From: Chloroflexota bacterium
GTDB lineage: Bacteria; Chloroflexota; UBA11872; VXOZ01
Direction of reading: 5' to 3'
Assembly (NCBI GenBank): GCA_964291655.2
Contig: OZ219802.1
Location: forward strand, 1,760,001-1,824,000
DNA length: 64,000 nucleotides
Under the pieces are notes generated by a model. It made no database searches. It saw nothing but the letters and a program-made list of their open reading frames with translations, and was not told the origin of the DNA. This document shows positions 28,769 to 38,742 of the stretch, one piece after another. The position numbers were made by a program, and so were the translations under genes. Within the stretch, counting starts at the first letter, position 1. Every line of letters begins with the position of its first letter.

Positions 28769-29086
28769 CAACGGTTATTCACTTGTTAAATTGGGCAGGC
28801 CTCCGGCACTTGCGCCTGATGCCTGCACCTCATTCCTGGGTATGCTAACACAGCACCGCAAGCTCGTCAAACGGCGGCCTGACCACTTCCTGTCAGAGCG
28901 CCATTGCCTGGGCAACACGTTACAATTGAAGTGATGCGTGTCCGCACGGTACTTCGCACACGTAGAATGAAGGCTGCGCGCCTGAATCATGCGCCAGTCT
29001 CTCTTCCCGCGAGCATACCTTGCTGGGGGCGCTTCCCCGTATTGGCATAGTAGCACGGCATTTTTCACAGGAGTAATCAGCCTACG

Positions 29087-29797
29087 ATGGCAAACACAAG
29101 ACTACCCGATGGTCTCGTTCCCGCCGGCAGCTCACTGGAATTCACTGAAGATACCATACCGGATGCTCTTCAAAAAGAGCACGCTCTCGGGCCCGGACAC
29201 TGGGGCGTGCTGCACGTGTTCGAGGGACAGGTGAGCTTTGTGGACCTTGCCACCGGCGAGGAAACCGACGTGGTTGCGCCCGGCCATGCCGTCATTCAAC
29301 CGGAAGCGCCCCATAGGCTGCGCGTCACAGGTGCAGTGCGCTGCCGCATTGATTTCTTTCGCAAGCCGGAAGACGCCTCCGCCATGCGCACGCCGGGCAG
29401 CTTCGCTGAGGAGGAGGTGCGGCAGAGCTTCGCGCGGTGCGAGGCCGCCGGCGACTTTGCGGAAACTTTCTATAGCACCTTCATGAACGCCTCTCCCGCC
29501 ATTGCGCCCTTCTTCGCCCAAACGGAGTTCGGACGACAGCGCCAATTGCTGCGGGATTCGGTGTACCTGATGGTGACGCACGATGTTTCCGATCCCGATA
29601 TGCGGGCCTTGCTCGACAAGCTGGGCAGTCTCCACAGCCGCGCCGGCCGCAACATCGCGCCCAAACTCTACGAACTCTGGCTGGATTGCATCTGCGCCAC
29701 CGTCAAGCAGCTCGATCCGGAGTGGACCCAATCACTCGAAGACCACTGGCGGGTAAGACTGCGCGCGGGCATGCAGGTCATCATGGCGGCGTATTGA
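29087..29797 (+). CDS. DUF1971 (YeaR/TehB N-terminal cupin)-globin fusion protein
   Basis: N-terminal FTEDTIPDALQKEH..WGVLHVFEG..PEAPH; C-terminal SFARC..FYSTF..FFAQT..Q..LGSLHS..YELW globin; AGGAG RBS. Confidence 0.78.
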   Translation: MANTRLPDGLVPAGSSLEFTEDTIPDALQKEHALGPGHWGVLHVFEGQVSFVDLATGEETDVVAPGHAVIQPEAPHRLRVTGAVRCRIDFFRKPEDASAMRTPGSFAEEEVRQSFARCEAAGDFAETFYSTFMNASPAIAPFFAQTEFGRQRQLLRDSVYLMVTHDVSDPDMRALLDKLGSLHSRAGRNIAPKLYELWLDCICATVKQLDPEWTQSLEDHWRVRLRAGMQVIMAAY

Positions 29798-29947
29798 TGT
29801 GGCATTGTAATTTCTTACTTGTCGTGCTGTTTCGTAGACGCGTGGGATACTGACTGTTAGAATTGATTGTATATGGCAATGAGATACAACCGTGGTAGAG
29901 GTACCACGGTTGTATTGTTTAGTTAGTGCGAAGAGAGGAGCCTACAG

Positions 29948-30211
29948 TTGGATAGAACAGAGCAAGAGCGCCACCGTGCCAAAATCAACCGCACAAAGGT
30001 AACTGCCATTGCGGTCCGACATGTGAAAGTCGACCAAACATATCGCAAAGAGCGTAAGGCTACTACTGCATCGGAGATGATAGACTTCTTCAACTACATC
30101 GGCGGACTTTGGGGCATGCAATTCAGCGACCAAATGGACGACCGCCACCCCATATATGCGCACGGCAAGAAAATTCGAGAGTTAGCGTTGCGTGAAGAGT
30201 GCAAGCGTTGA
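29948..30211 (+). CDS. hypothetical protein (possibly a fragment)
   Basis: TTG start with GAGGAG RBS; no recognisable motif. Confidence 0.35.
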   Translation: MDRTEQERHRAKINRTKVTAIAVRHVKVDQTYRKERKATTASEMIDFFNYIGGLWGMQFSDQMDDRHPIYAHGKKIRELALREECKR

Positions 30212-30285
30212 TCGGCCACTCTATGCGCTCCTCCAAATCCTTCCACGGAATCAACTCCTCCATCCACTCCAGGGGTTTTTCCAAT
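30208..30285 (-). pseudogene. IS5-family transposase N-terminal remnant
   Basis: LEWMEELIPWKDLEERIE resembles the IS5 FLE.M..LIPW..LE..I motif. Confidence 0.45.
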
Positions 30286-30345
30286 GTGTTTTGAGATGAA
30301 TGCGAGTGACTTTGCCTGGCAACCAAGAAAACAGAAGGACTAGGA

Positions 30346-32205
30346 ATGACAAATGAGGAAATCGCTGACTTCTATAGCGAAATTCAGGCTAGCATCGAGT
30401 CGAATCCCAACTTACGTGACCCTCAGGTAGAGGGATGGCTCAATGCGCGTAGGCACTTTGAAAACAACACCGAACATGCCATAATCCAAATCCCTGTAGG
30501 TTGTGGCAAGACTGGTCTAATGGCACTCTTGCCATTCAAGATTGCTAAAGGGCGTGTGCTCGTAATTGCACCTAATCTTGAAATTCGCAGAGGAATATCT
30601 ACTGCATTCGATATCGCCGGAAGCGACTGCTTCTGGACAACTACGAGAGTCCTAACAGATACAAGCCAGGGACCTTACACAGCTGTCTTGGATGGTCGAG
30701 ATGCCAACATCCATGACTGTGAGAACTCGCATATCGTAGTTACCAATATTCAGCAACTGGCAAGCCGCGCGGACCGGTGGTTACCTACTTTCCCCGATGA
30801 CTTTTTTGACCTGATTATGGTTGACGAGGGTCACCACAACATCGCTAAGAGCTGGGAGCGTGTGTTCGGAAAATTTCCAAACGCTAAAGTCGTAAGCCTA
30901 ACAGCTACGCCATTCAGGAGCGATGGTCGTGAAGTAAAGGGTAAAGTGGTTTACACGTATCCTTTCCGAACAGCAATGGTGCGCGGTTATATAAAGCAGA
31001 TTACAGCAATAAATGTAGCGCCGCAGGAAATCTCTTTTACCTATCGTGGGGATTCCAGAAAACACACCCTTGAGGAGGTGCTCGAACTGAAGGACGAGGA
31101 ATGGTTCAGTCGTGGGATAGCCCTGTCCCCGGAATGCAACAAGTCCATTGTAAATGCAAGCATCCAATGGTTACAGCACCTTCGCCAATCTGGGACTTTC
31201 CATCAGCTTATCGCAGTTGCCTGTTCAGTGGATCACGCGCGCCAAGTACGCTCTCTCTTCACTGAGCGCGGACTGGTAGCTCGCGAGGTCCACAGCAAAA
31301 TGCCACTCGAAGAGATTGAGGAGGTCATTCAGGACCTTCGTCGGAATCGTATTGACTGTATAGTCCAGGTTCGAATGCTTGGTGAAGGATTTGACCACCC
31401 AAACCTGAGCGTTGCAGCAATTTTTCAGCCTTTCCGCTCACTGTCACCATATGTCCAATTCATCGGTAGGGTAATGCGTGTAATTCACCAGAATAGCCCT
31501 CAGCATCCTGACAATAGAGGCATTGCAGTATCTCACGTTGGACTAAACATTGACCGGCATTGGGAGGATTTCAAGAAAATTGACTCCGAGGACCAAGAAC
31601 TAATCCGGGGTTGGCTAGATGCGGGCGAGGAATGTCCTCCATCAGAACAGCACGGTAAGAGAACACGTCTTACTCCTAACATGGTTGTACAAGAGGAGAT
31701 CATTAGCCACTTCATTGAACAGGAATACCTCGACCCAGCGGATGATGCCGTAATTGATGACTTGATAGCGGAATTCTGGAGACGCGGTTTCGACCCAGAA
31801 GACTTTGGGTTAACTCGTGATGAATTACGACAGCGGCTAATTCAGGGCAGAGCTAGAATAACAATGGAACCTGTCGATATCCCTGTTACGCCTCAGCGCC
31901 GCAGGCAAGAGACACGACGCCGACTAAACGAACGAGCAAAAACGCTTGCAAGTCGCATCTTGGAAGCCATAGACGAGCCTATCGCCGGGATTAGAGTTTC
32001 TACTTCCTATCCTGAACTGCGAAGCAACAACAACTTCGCAGCAGTTGTCCAACTATTGAACAAGACTGTCAATGAACGACTTGGAATTGAAAAGGGGGCA
32101 AGGGGGGACATTCCGCTCGAATCGCTCGAGTTGGCCCTGTGTGAAATAGATGAAGTCGGTGACGTTGTCCAGGCTGAACTCCTGCAGCGTCTTAAGGGGA
32201 CGTGA
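30346..32205 (+). CDS. SF2 DEAD/DEAH-box helicase (ResIII-like)
   Basis: Q-motif LRDPQ, Walker A PVGCGKT, DEGHH, TATP, MLGEGFD, QFIGRVMR; visibly more AT-rich than flanks. Confidence 0.92.
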   Translation: MTNEEIADFYSEIQASIESNPNLRDPQVEGWLNARRHFENNTEHAIIQIPVGCGKTGLMALLPFKIAKGRVLVIAPNLEIRRGISTAFDIAGSDCFWTTTRVLTDTSQGPYTAVLDGRDANIHDCENSHIVVTNIQQLASRADRWLPTFPDDFFDLIMVDEGHHNIAKSWERVFGKFPNAKVVSLTATPFRSDGREVKGKVVYTYPFRTAMVRGYIKQITAINVAPQEISFTYRGDSRKHTLEEVLELKDEEWFSRGIALSPECNKSIVNASIQWLQHLRQSGTFHQLIAVACSVDHARQVRSLFTERGLVAREVHSKMPLEEIEEVIQDLRRNRIDCIVQVRMLGEGFDHPNLSVAAIFQPFRSLSPYVQFIGRVMRVIHQNSPQHPDNRGIAVSHVGLNIDRHWEDFKKIDSEDQELIRGWLDAGEECPPSEQHGKRTRLTPNMVVQEEIISHFIEQEYLDPADDAVIDDLIAEFWRRGFDPEDFGLTRDELRQRLIQGRARITMEPVDIPVTPQRRRQETRRRLNERAKTLASRILEAIDEPIAGIRVSTSYPELRSNNNFAAVVQLLNKTVNERLGIEKGARGDIPLESLELALCEIDEVGDVVQAELLQRLKGT

Positions 32206-32208
32206 TAG

Positions 32209-32460
32209 ATGGCTAGACTAAAGCGTATCCTTCTGCCTGCATGCTTTGAGACCGCACAGCGGAGACGGCGATGTTCTCGCAATAAGGTCCACAAGATTCT
32301 AAGCGGCCACAAGTGTCTGGTTATCAAGCTAGGAATGGCTAAGCAGAACTATTGCATTGACTGCGCTAACCTAATTCTTGAGAAGGCTAGGCAGGAATTG
32401 GACTATCTTGCAACAGAATTGGTTCAGCGAGAGCATTCGGAAGATCTCAATGAAGCGTAG
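32209..32460 (+). CDS. small putative Zn-finger protein coupled to the helicase
   Basis: Starts 3 nt after helicase stop; C-x5-H...C..CxxC followed by a helical tail. Confidence 0.65.
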   Translation: MARLKRILLPACFETAQRRRRCSRNKVHKILSGHKCLVIKLGMAKQNYCIDCANLILEKARQELDYLATELVQREHSEDLNEA

Positions 32461-32733
32461 CCGCTTTGCATAAATGCTAATATTGTTCCTAGGAAAAGTC
32501 AGACCAAGCAAATATGAGCGAAGGATTGCAGGTGTGTTCGGGTCTGTGGGGGCATGTTTGGCAATTGAATCGGCTAAACTCTCTTGGTTCAGTGCTGATG
32601 GCAGCGGTATTTCGCTCTCGACGGTGCTTTGGACACGGTACTCAATCCTCATAACACTGTTCCGCGTGTTTGTTCAGAGGTGTTCTAATTTATGGAATTT
32701 GTAGTCGCGTAGCATAGGAGGCATTGGTACCCC

Positions 32734-33807
32734 ATGCAGGTGCATATTACAGCGCCGATACATGGCGCGGTGCTCAACCGCCACGACGGGCGGCAGGACG
32801 ACGACGGTTTGCACATCAGCGTGCAGGGCGTTGTGAGCGAGGCCGATACGGTGACGGTGAACGGTGTGCGGGCGCGGATTGTCGGCGCGACCTTCACGGT
32901 GGCATACACCCTGGATGCCCATGAGACGGTGCTCACGGCGGTAGCGGAACGCGGCGGCGAAACGCTCTCCCACGCGGTCACGGTGCTCTGGGACCGCAAC
33001 TCGTTCCCGCGCTATCGCTTTTCGTTGGACGACGACATTTACTTCCTGCGCGATATTGCCTTTGAGCGGCCGAAATCGCTCTTCGACAACTTCTACCTGG
33101 GCTTCATGCGCGACCTGCGCGACAAGTACGGCGCCAAGACCCACATCAACATCTACTACGCCTGCGAGGACTTTGACCTGCGCCAGATGCCGGATACGTA
33201 CAAGTCGGAATGGCGCGATAACGCCGACTGGCTGCAGCTTTCTTTCCACGCCCGCGCCGACAAGCCGCGGGATCCGTATAAGGAAGCGTCGGCGGAGAAG
33301 CTGCTCACGGACTTTCGACAGGTGCGCGACGAGACGCTGCGCTTTGCGGGCGAGGAGAGCTGGTCGCACTTCACCACGATCCACTGGGGCGAGGGCACCC
33401 GCCTGGGCTGCCGCGCGCTGCGCCAGGAAGGCATCTGGGGCCTGGCCGGCTACTTCATTCCGGCTCCCGACCTGCGCGTCAACTACTACCTGGACGCCGC
33501 CACGACCGCGTATCTCAATTCCCACGACTACTGGATGGACTACAGTGAGGATATTCTGTTCGTGACCCACGATCAGGTGATTAATTCCATCAAGACGCCG
33601 GAAGCCGTGGTGGCGCATTTGGAGACCGTGGCGCAAGATCCCCACCGCAGCGAGATCATGGAATTGATGGTCCACGAGCAGTATTTCCGCAAACACCTGC
33701 CAAACTACCAGCCCAACGTGCCGGAAAAAACCGAGGCGGCCATCCGCTGGGCGGCCGATCACGGCTACAGGTCGGTGCTCTACAATGAGGGCTTCCTGGG
33801 GGCGTAG
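32734..33807 (+). CDS. hypothetical protein, N-terminal Ig-like domain plus polysaccharide deacetylase-like barrel
   Basis: Host-like codon usage, AGGAGG RBS; FSLDD, LSFH, MVHE resemble NodB/CE4 motifs. Confidence 0.6.
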   Translation: MQVHITAPIHGAVLNRHDGRQDDDGLHISVQGVVSEADTVTVNGVRARIVGATFTVAYTLDAHETVLTAVAERGGETLSHAVTVLWDRNSFPRYRFSLDDDIYFLRDIAFERPKSLFDNFYLGFMRDLRDKYGAKTHINIYYACEDFDLRQMPDTYKSEWRDNADWLQLSFHARADKPRDPYKEASAEKLLTDFRQVRDETLRFAGEESWSHFTTIHWGEGTRLGCRALRQEGIWGLAGYFIPAPDLRVNYYLDAATTAYLNSHDYWMDYSEDILFVTHDQVINSIKTPEAVVAHLETVAQDPHRSEIMELMVHEQYFRKHLPNYQPNVPEKTEAAIRWAADHGYRSVLYNEGFLGA

Positions 33808-33962
33808 CCAGCCGCCGCGCAGTTCGGTTGGAGGTTCCGCAGGGGTGCCTTGGGACTTCTTGAATTTCTACTTCCTGGGACCACAGACGCGAAGAGGCAC
33901 GATCTATCGTGCCCCTACCCAGCGGAGTTGCAAAGATTCGCCCTCACCCCAACCCTCTCCCC

Positions 33963-35227
33963 TGTATAGACCGGGTTGATGGGTAACGCTTGTTCGGGTT
34001 GATAGGTTACACCTATAGGCATGGAGAATCTTGCAGCGGGAGGATGACCATGTCGTGGAAGGTGGAAACGCTTATGTCTGCCCGGGAAGAGTTTATTGCT
34101 CTGGCCAATAGTGGCGCGGTGAGAATGAGCGAATTGTGCGGTCGGTTCAACATCAGCCGCAAGACTGGCTACAAGTGGTTGCGGCGGTACGCGTCGGGGG
34201 GAGCGCAGAGCCTGCGTGACCGTTCGCACCGCACGCACACGTGTCCGCACCGCACGCGCCCGGCGATGGAGGAACGCATCATCGCGCTGCGTCTGGCGCA
34301 TCCTACGAAGGGCGCCCATGTGCTGCGCAGAATGCTGCAGGACCAGGGGCATACCGACGTGCCGGCCAAGAGCACCATCAATGCCATTCTCAAACGCCAT
34401 GGGCTCATCGATCCAGCCCAGAGCGCCAAGCACACGCCCCATGTGCGCTTCGAACGACCCCAGCCCAACGAGCTGTGGCAGATGGACTTCAAGGGACATT
34501 TCGTCATGCAGCAGAACCGCTGTCATCCTCTCACCCTCCTAGACGATCACTCCCGCTTCAACCTCGGGTTACAGGCCTGTGCCAACGAGCGGGGAGAGAC
34601 GGTCCAAGACCGCCTCACCGCTGTCTTTCGCCGCTACGGCTTGCCCCAGGCCATGCTCATGGACAACGGCTCTCCCTGGGGTAACGACAGTGCCCAGCCC
34701 TTCACGCCCCTCACCGTCTGGCTCATGCAGCTGGGCATCAACGTCCTGCACAGCCGACCCTACCATCCCCAGACACTCGGCAAGCTGGAACGCTTCCACC
34801 GCTCCCTCAAGAGCGAACTGCTGGCAGGGACCACCTTTACCGACCTGGACCATTGCCAGCGCGCCTTTGACACCTGGCGCCACTTCTACAACTTGGAACG
34901 CCCACACCATGCCCTCGATCTCGACACTCCCATTACCAGATACACGCCTAGTCCTCGCCCTTTCCCAGAGACCTTGCCTGCCCTCGCCTACGCTCCCGAC
35001 GACCGCGTACGCAGCGTCGATGTCTCCGGCCGCATCTCCTTCCAAGGCAGACGGCTCCGTGTGGGCAGGGCCTTCACGCACAAGCAAGTCGCCCTGCGAC
35101 CCACCCGAACGGACGGTGTCTGGGACGTGTACTTCTCGATCCAAAGAGTAAAAACCATAGACCTCAGAGCACAAAATGTGTAACCTATCTACCCGAACAT
35201 CTGTTACCTATGTCCCCGGTCTGTACA
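33963..35227 (+). mobile_element. IS481-family insertion sequence, copy 1 (1265 bp, no direct TSD)
   Basis: TGTATAGACCGGG...CCCGGTCTGTACA ends with ~50-bp imperfect IRs; flanks are perfect inverted REP halves. Confidence 0.93.
34050..35183 (+). CDS. IS481-family transposase
   Basis: MSWK..ISRKTGYKW HTH, WQMDFKG, DDHSRF, DNG, PQTLGKLERFH rve/DDE core. Confidence 0.95.
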   Translation: MSWKVETLMSAREEFIALANSGAVRMSELCGRFNISRKTGYKWLRRYASGGAQSLRDRSHRTHTCPHRTRPAMEERIIALRLAHPTKGAHVLRRMLQDQGHTDVPAKSTINAILKRHGLIDPAQSAKHTPHVRFERPQPNELWQMDFKGHFVMQQNRCHPLTLLDDHSRFNLGLQACANERGETVQDRLTAVFRRYGLPQAMLMDNGSPWGNDSAQPFTPLTVWLMQLGINVLHSRPYHPQTLGKLERFHRSLKSELLAGTTFTDLDHCQRAFDTWRHFYNLERPHHALDLDTPITRYTPSPRPFPETLPALAYAPDDRVRSVDVSGRISFQGRRLRVGRAFTHKQVALRPTRTDGVWDVYFSIQRVKTIDLRAQNV

Positions 35228-35564
35228 GGGGAGAGGGTTGGGGTGAGGGGTCCTATCTGCTTTGTAAATCGTAAAACAGGTACAGTCAATAATATTAGAG
35301 CCAATCCGGTCAAGAAGTTGCACGTGCTCAGAGCAGATTCACCGTCACCCCCGTATCACGTACGGGGCAGGCTCTAACCCTCTCCCGTCAAGGAAGAGGG
35401 AATAATCTCCCTTCCACATGGGTCTTGCAAGGGTCTCCCCCGGGAGAGGGAGTCTCTTTGTCTGCAGGCGTGTGTAGCGCATAGGTCTGACTGGGGGCGA
35501 GTGTGCATTCCTCTCCCGAGCCGGGGCAAGCGTTGGACGGTTCCATCAGGACACCGGACGTTTG

Positions 35565-36476
35565 TTAGCTTAGGCGCTGCGATGGGCCACGGCCGGGGTC
35601 CTCGTCGCTGATAAGAGCGGTGAGCGAGGTGTCGAGAGCTACGGCAATCCTTACCGCCGCGCCGATGGTAATGTTCTGTTTGCCCTTTTCCACCGTACTG
35701 AGGTAGGCGCGGTCGAGCCCCGCCCGCGCAGCCAGTTCCTGCTGGCTCCATCCCCGCTCTTTGCGCAGCCGCTGGACGTGACGCCCCAGCGCACTTAGGT
35801 GGTCCTCTACGGTTTTCGGCTCCTCGCCCACGCTCAAGAGGCTATTCGCAACACTAATCGCTTCCAGAGGATCAGCGGAGATGAGGTCCGCCGGCATCTC
35901 GGCGCGCAAAGCGGAGTCTGACAGACCCACACCGCCAACGAAAACGAACGGCGCATCGTCGAGTGACTTGAGGGTAGCGGCGGCCTCTTTCGCGACGCGC
36001 ATCAGGTCGCGTTGCGAGAGCGAGAGGATAACCAAGTCCGGTTTGCGCTCCCGCACCCATTCCACCAGGTCCTTGGTGGGCGTATTCTGACCCAAGAATG
36101 CAACGTCCCAACCTTCCAAATAGAAGAGATCGGCGATGAGTCGCGCACCCACCGCGTGCATTTCTCCTTCCACGGCCGTAATCACGGCCTCGGCCCCAAC
36201 GCGCTTGCGCCGCCGGGCGACACCCCGAATGTGCGCGCTCTGCTGGAGCGTGATCTGGATGGCAAGGTGTTCGGCGGCGATATTCAATTCGCCGCGGTGC
36301 CAGGCATCCCCTACCTCCGCTAGTGCAGGCGTGATTATCTCGGTATAGATCATGAGTGGGTTGACCCCCCGCTCCATGGCGTCTCTTATCGCATGGAACG
36401 CCTCTTCATGGCTGCCCGACAGCAGGCTCGCGGTGTACCGCTCGCACAGGAGCTCAATGTCTCGTCTAAGTTCCAT
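35565..36476 (-). CDS. cobalamin-binding (CarH-type) regulator with C-terminal XRE HTH
   Basis: W-x9-EH ([12 protein letters not shown]), ExHxxG (EMHAVG), LSLS, FVGG; C-terminal [36 protein letters not shown]. Confidence 0.88.
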   Translation of the reverse strand: MELRRDIELLCERYTASLLSGSHEEAFHAIRDAMERGVNPLMIYTEIITPALAEVGDAWHRGELNIAAEHLAIQITLQQSAHIRGVARRRKRVGAEAVITAVEGEMHAVGARLIADLFYLEGWDVAFLGQNTPTKDLVEWVRERKPDLVILSLSQRDLMRVAKEAAATLKSLDDAPFVFVGGVGLSDSALRAEMPADLISADPLEAISVANSLLSVGEEPKTVEDHLSALGRHVQRLRKERGWSQQELAARAGLDRAYLSTVEKGKQNITIGAAVRIAVALDTSLTALISDEDPGRGPSQRLS

Positions 36477-36506
36477 CAGCGCCTCAACAAGAATTTTGTG
36501 AAAGTC

Positions 36507-36562
36507 TGTTGGATATAGTTGACATCGTGTTGTGTATATTATATCCTCTATTTGTTGGACAT
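36507..36562. promoter_or_regulatory. overlapping divergent promoters with candidate operator
   Basis: Plus strand TTGACA-17-TATCCT; minus strand TATAAT at 36538-36543; TGTTGGAYAT direct repeat at 36507 and 36553. Confidence 0.55.
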
Positions 36563-36637
36563 ATGCCGCACCCGGGTAAGCGTATGCTAGGCATATCAAG
36601 CAGAATCGTCAAGAGACCTGAGCAGAAGGAGTTCACC

Positions 36638-37210
36638 ATGCTTAGGGAATTAGCTAGGGCTTCCATGCGGAGCGCAGGCGCCTGTCGACGCTACGCGCGC
36701 AAAGTAGGGGTAGTTGCCGTGGCGGGACTTGCCCTGACATTGCTGGCGGCGTGCGGCGCAGATGCAGAATCCCCACCGGCGGCCGCAACGGAATCGCCGC
36801 CGGCCACCATTGTAGACATCGCCGTTGGCGACGGCAGGTTCGAGACCCTCGTAGCCGCCCTCCAGGCAGCAGGCCTCGTGGAGACACTGCAAGGTGAAGG
36901 TCCGTTCACCGTTTTCGCTCCCACGGACGATGCCTTCGCCAAGCTCCCCGAGGGTACGGTGGATGCGCTCCTGAAAGACATCCCCGCCTTGACTGACATT
37001 CTCCTGTACCACGTTGTGTCAGGCAACGTCATGGCCGCCGACGTCGTAAAGCTCGATATGGCGACCACCGTGCAGGGCGGCGCGGTGACTGTTTCGGTTG
37101 ACGGCGACACGGTGCGCATCAACGATGCCCAGGTCGTCATCACCGACATCGAGGCCTCCAACGGCACCATCCACGTGATCGACACCGTCTTGCTGCCGCC
37201 GCAGAACTAA
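36638..37210 (+). CDS. fasciclin (FAS1) domain lipoprotein
   Basis: AAGGAG RBS, LAAC lipobox, [33 protein letters not shown]. Confidence 0.92.
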   Translation: MLRELARASMRSAGACRRYARKVGVVAVAGLALTLLAACGADAESPPAAATESPPATIVDIAVGDGRFETLVAALQAAGLVETLQGEGPFTVFAPTDDAFAKLPEGTVDALLKDIPALTDILLYHVVSGNVMAADVVKLDMATTVQGGAVTVSVDGDTVRINDAQVVITDIEASNGTIHVIDTVLLPPQN

Positions 37211-37362
37211 AGCGTTTCCGGGCGACAGACAGAATGAATATCGCAAACTAGCATTCCGTTCAGGCGACCATGCGATAGGCGCAGACTAGGGCTGCAAATG
37301 CTGGCAACTTTCCACCCAAGCTCTAGTCTGCGTGCAGCGCGACCAACACTTCCCCCATTGGC

Positions 37363-37411
37363 TTGACATTAGAGTGCTCAGTCTTTATGCTACACAAAGA
37401 GGATAGTATAT
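37363..37411 (+). promoter_or_regulatory. sigma70-type promoter of the DUF378 gene plus candidate operator
   Basis: TTGACA-17 bp-TATGCT followed by ACAAAGAGGATAGTATAT. Confidence 0.6.
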
Positions 37412-37591
37412 GCTATTGCTCTGGTTGTCTAGAAGTTTGGAGGAATGGCCCGCTCGCCATTGAGTGATCTACAGCGCTCTCCGAGAGACATCGAATAGCA
37501 GGCGGGCAGCCTCCACGTGCCGACCGCGTCGGCAGAAGGAGGGGAAGTGAGGTCTAGGCAATGAAGTTAGAGAAAGCATCCAAGGAGAAAT

Positions 37592-37810
37592 GTGATGGAA
37601 ACACTACAACTCGCGGCCCTCATCGTAGCTGCAATCGGTGCCATTAACTGGGGCCTGGTTGGCCTCGCGAGGATCGACCTGGTTGCCCTCATCGCTGGCG
37701 GCCTCAAGTTTGGCGAAGTCAACTCCATCTCACGGGTTCTGTACATCGTGGTTGGCCTCGCCGGAGCTCTCGCTATTGTCTTGGAATTCACCGGCGGCAA
37801 TGGCGCGTAG
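37592..37810 (+). CDS. DUF378 family small membrane protein
   Basis: IGAINWGLVGL..DLVA..SRVLYIVVGLAG; AAGGAG RBS. Confidence 0.85.
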   Translation: MMETLQLAALIVAAIGAINWGLVGLARIDLVALIAGGLKFGEVNSISRVLYIVVGLAGALAIVLEFTGGNGA

Positions 37811-38156
37811 TGTTCCTGTGAGCATAAGAGATATTCTACCGACCGGGGCCGCACGGTCATCAGCGGCCGGTTGACAGTGCAGACCCTCTGGTGAAGCGAG
37901 GACGCACGACATTTCCTGCGTCCTCGCTTCCATCTTCACACCCATAGAAACCGTTCGCATAGAACTCGCTGAAGCGTTAGCGCGCCCTGCTTCCAGCGGA
38001 GACCCCCGAATCGGGGCACGGCACATTCAATGCGTGGTTCTGACGGACACGCGGGACCGGGCAGAAACGTTTAAGCGTGCCACTCATCCCGGTCCACTCA
38101 CCGAAGAGTCCCCTGCCTAATCCTTGCCGGGGCGGGGAAAGCCCCTTCTCCCGGCG

Positions 38157-38295
38157 GAGACCCTTGCGCAACTCCGTCTCTCCGGCGCAAGCCGGAATCC
38201 AGAGCGCCTTTATAGCTGAAAATAGATTGATGTCAATCCATTTCGCCTCCATCCCAATCTTCCCCCTCAAAGGTGAGGGGTTATGCAAAGGTCTC
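38157..38295. mobile_element. GAGACC-ended MITE in a REP hairpin loop
   Basis: GAGACCCTTGCGCAAC...GTTATGCAAAGGTCTC IRs; CGGCG duplicated on both sides. Confidence 0.6.
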
Positions 38296-38518
38296 CGGCG
38301 GGAGAGGGTGAGAGCCTGCCCTGTGCTCAATACAGCGGATCTACACGATACGGGGGTGAGGGGGGGAGTCCCCTCTCCCGGCGGGAGAGGGTTAGGGTGA
38401 GGGGGAGATTCCCGCAATCTGGGAGCTATTTCTGCCGTTATCGCACTCTTGCGTATCGGTCTTGTTGGTAAAGAGGACGGGACAAGCAGAAACCCCCTAG
38501 CCTAGCCCTCTCCCACAG

Positions 38519-38742
38519 GAGACCTTTGCATAACCCCCGCCGCAGCGCGGGTGACCCTTCTCCCTCGACGTGTGAGGGTGAATCTCCTGAATTCTCTCCA
38601 TAGCATACCGACATTTGCTCGGCTACATCTTGACACTGCACCGGTGCAAGGGGCCACTGCAACATAAAGATCCCCTCACCCCGACCCTCTCCCCGGGGAG
38701 AGGGAGGTTTTCTCGCCTACAGGTGAGTTACGCAAAGGTCTC
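38519..38742. mobile_element. second GAGACC-ended MITE in a REP hairpin loop
   Basis: GAGACCTTTGCATAAC...GTTACGCAAAGGTCTC; flanks CACAG/CCCAG (one mismatch); internal REP copy. Confidence 0.5.

Noticed and set aside
32371-32652. Third gene of the helicase islet
   Set aside because: Antisense overlap with the Zn-finger-like ORF and no motif; cannot be supported
37355-37380. CIRCE element (GAGTGCTCA)
   Set aside because: No TTAGCACTC half-site 9 bp upstream
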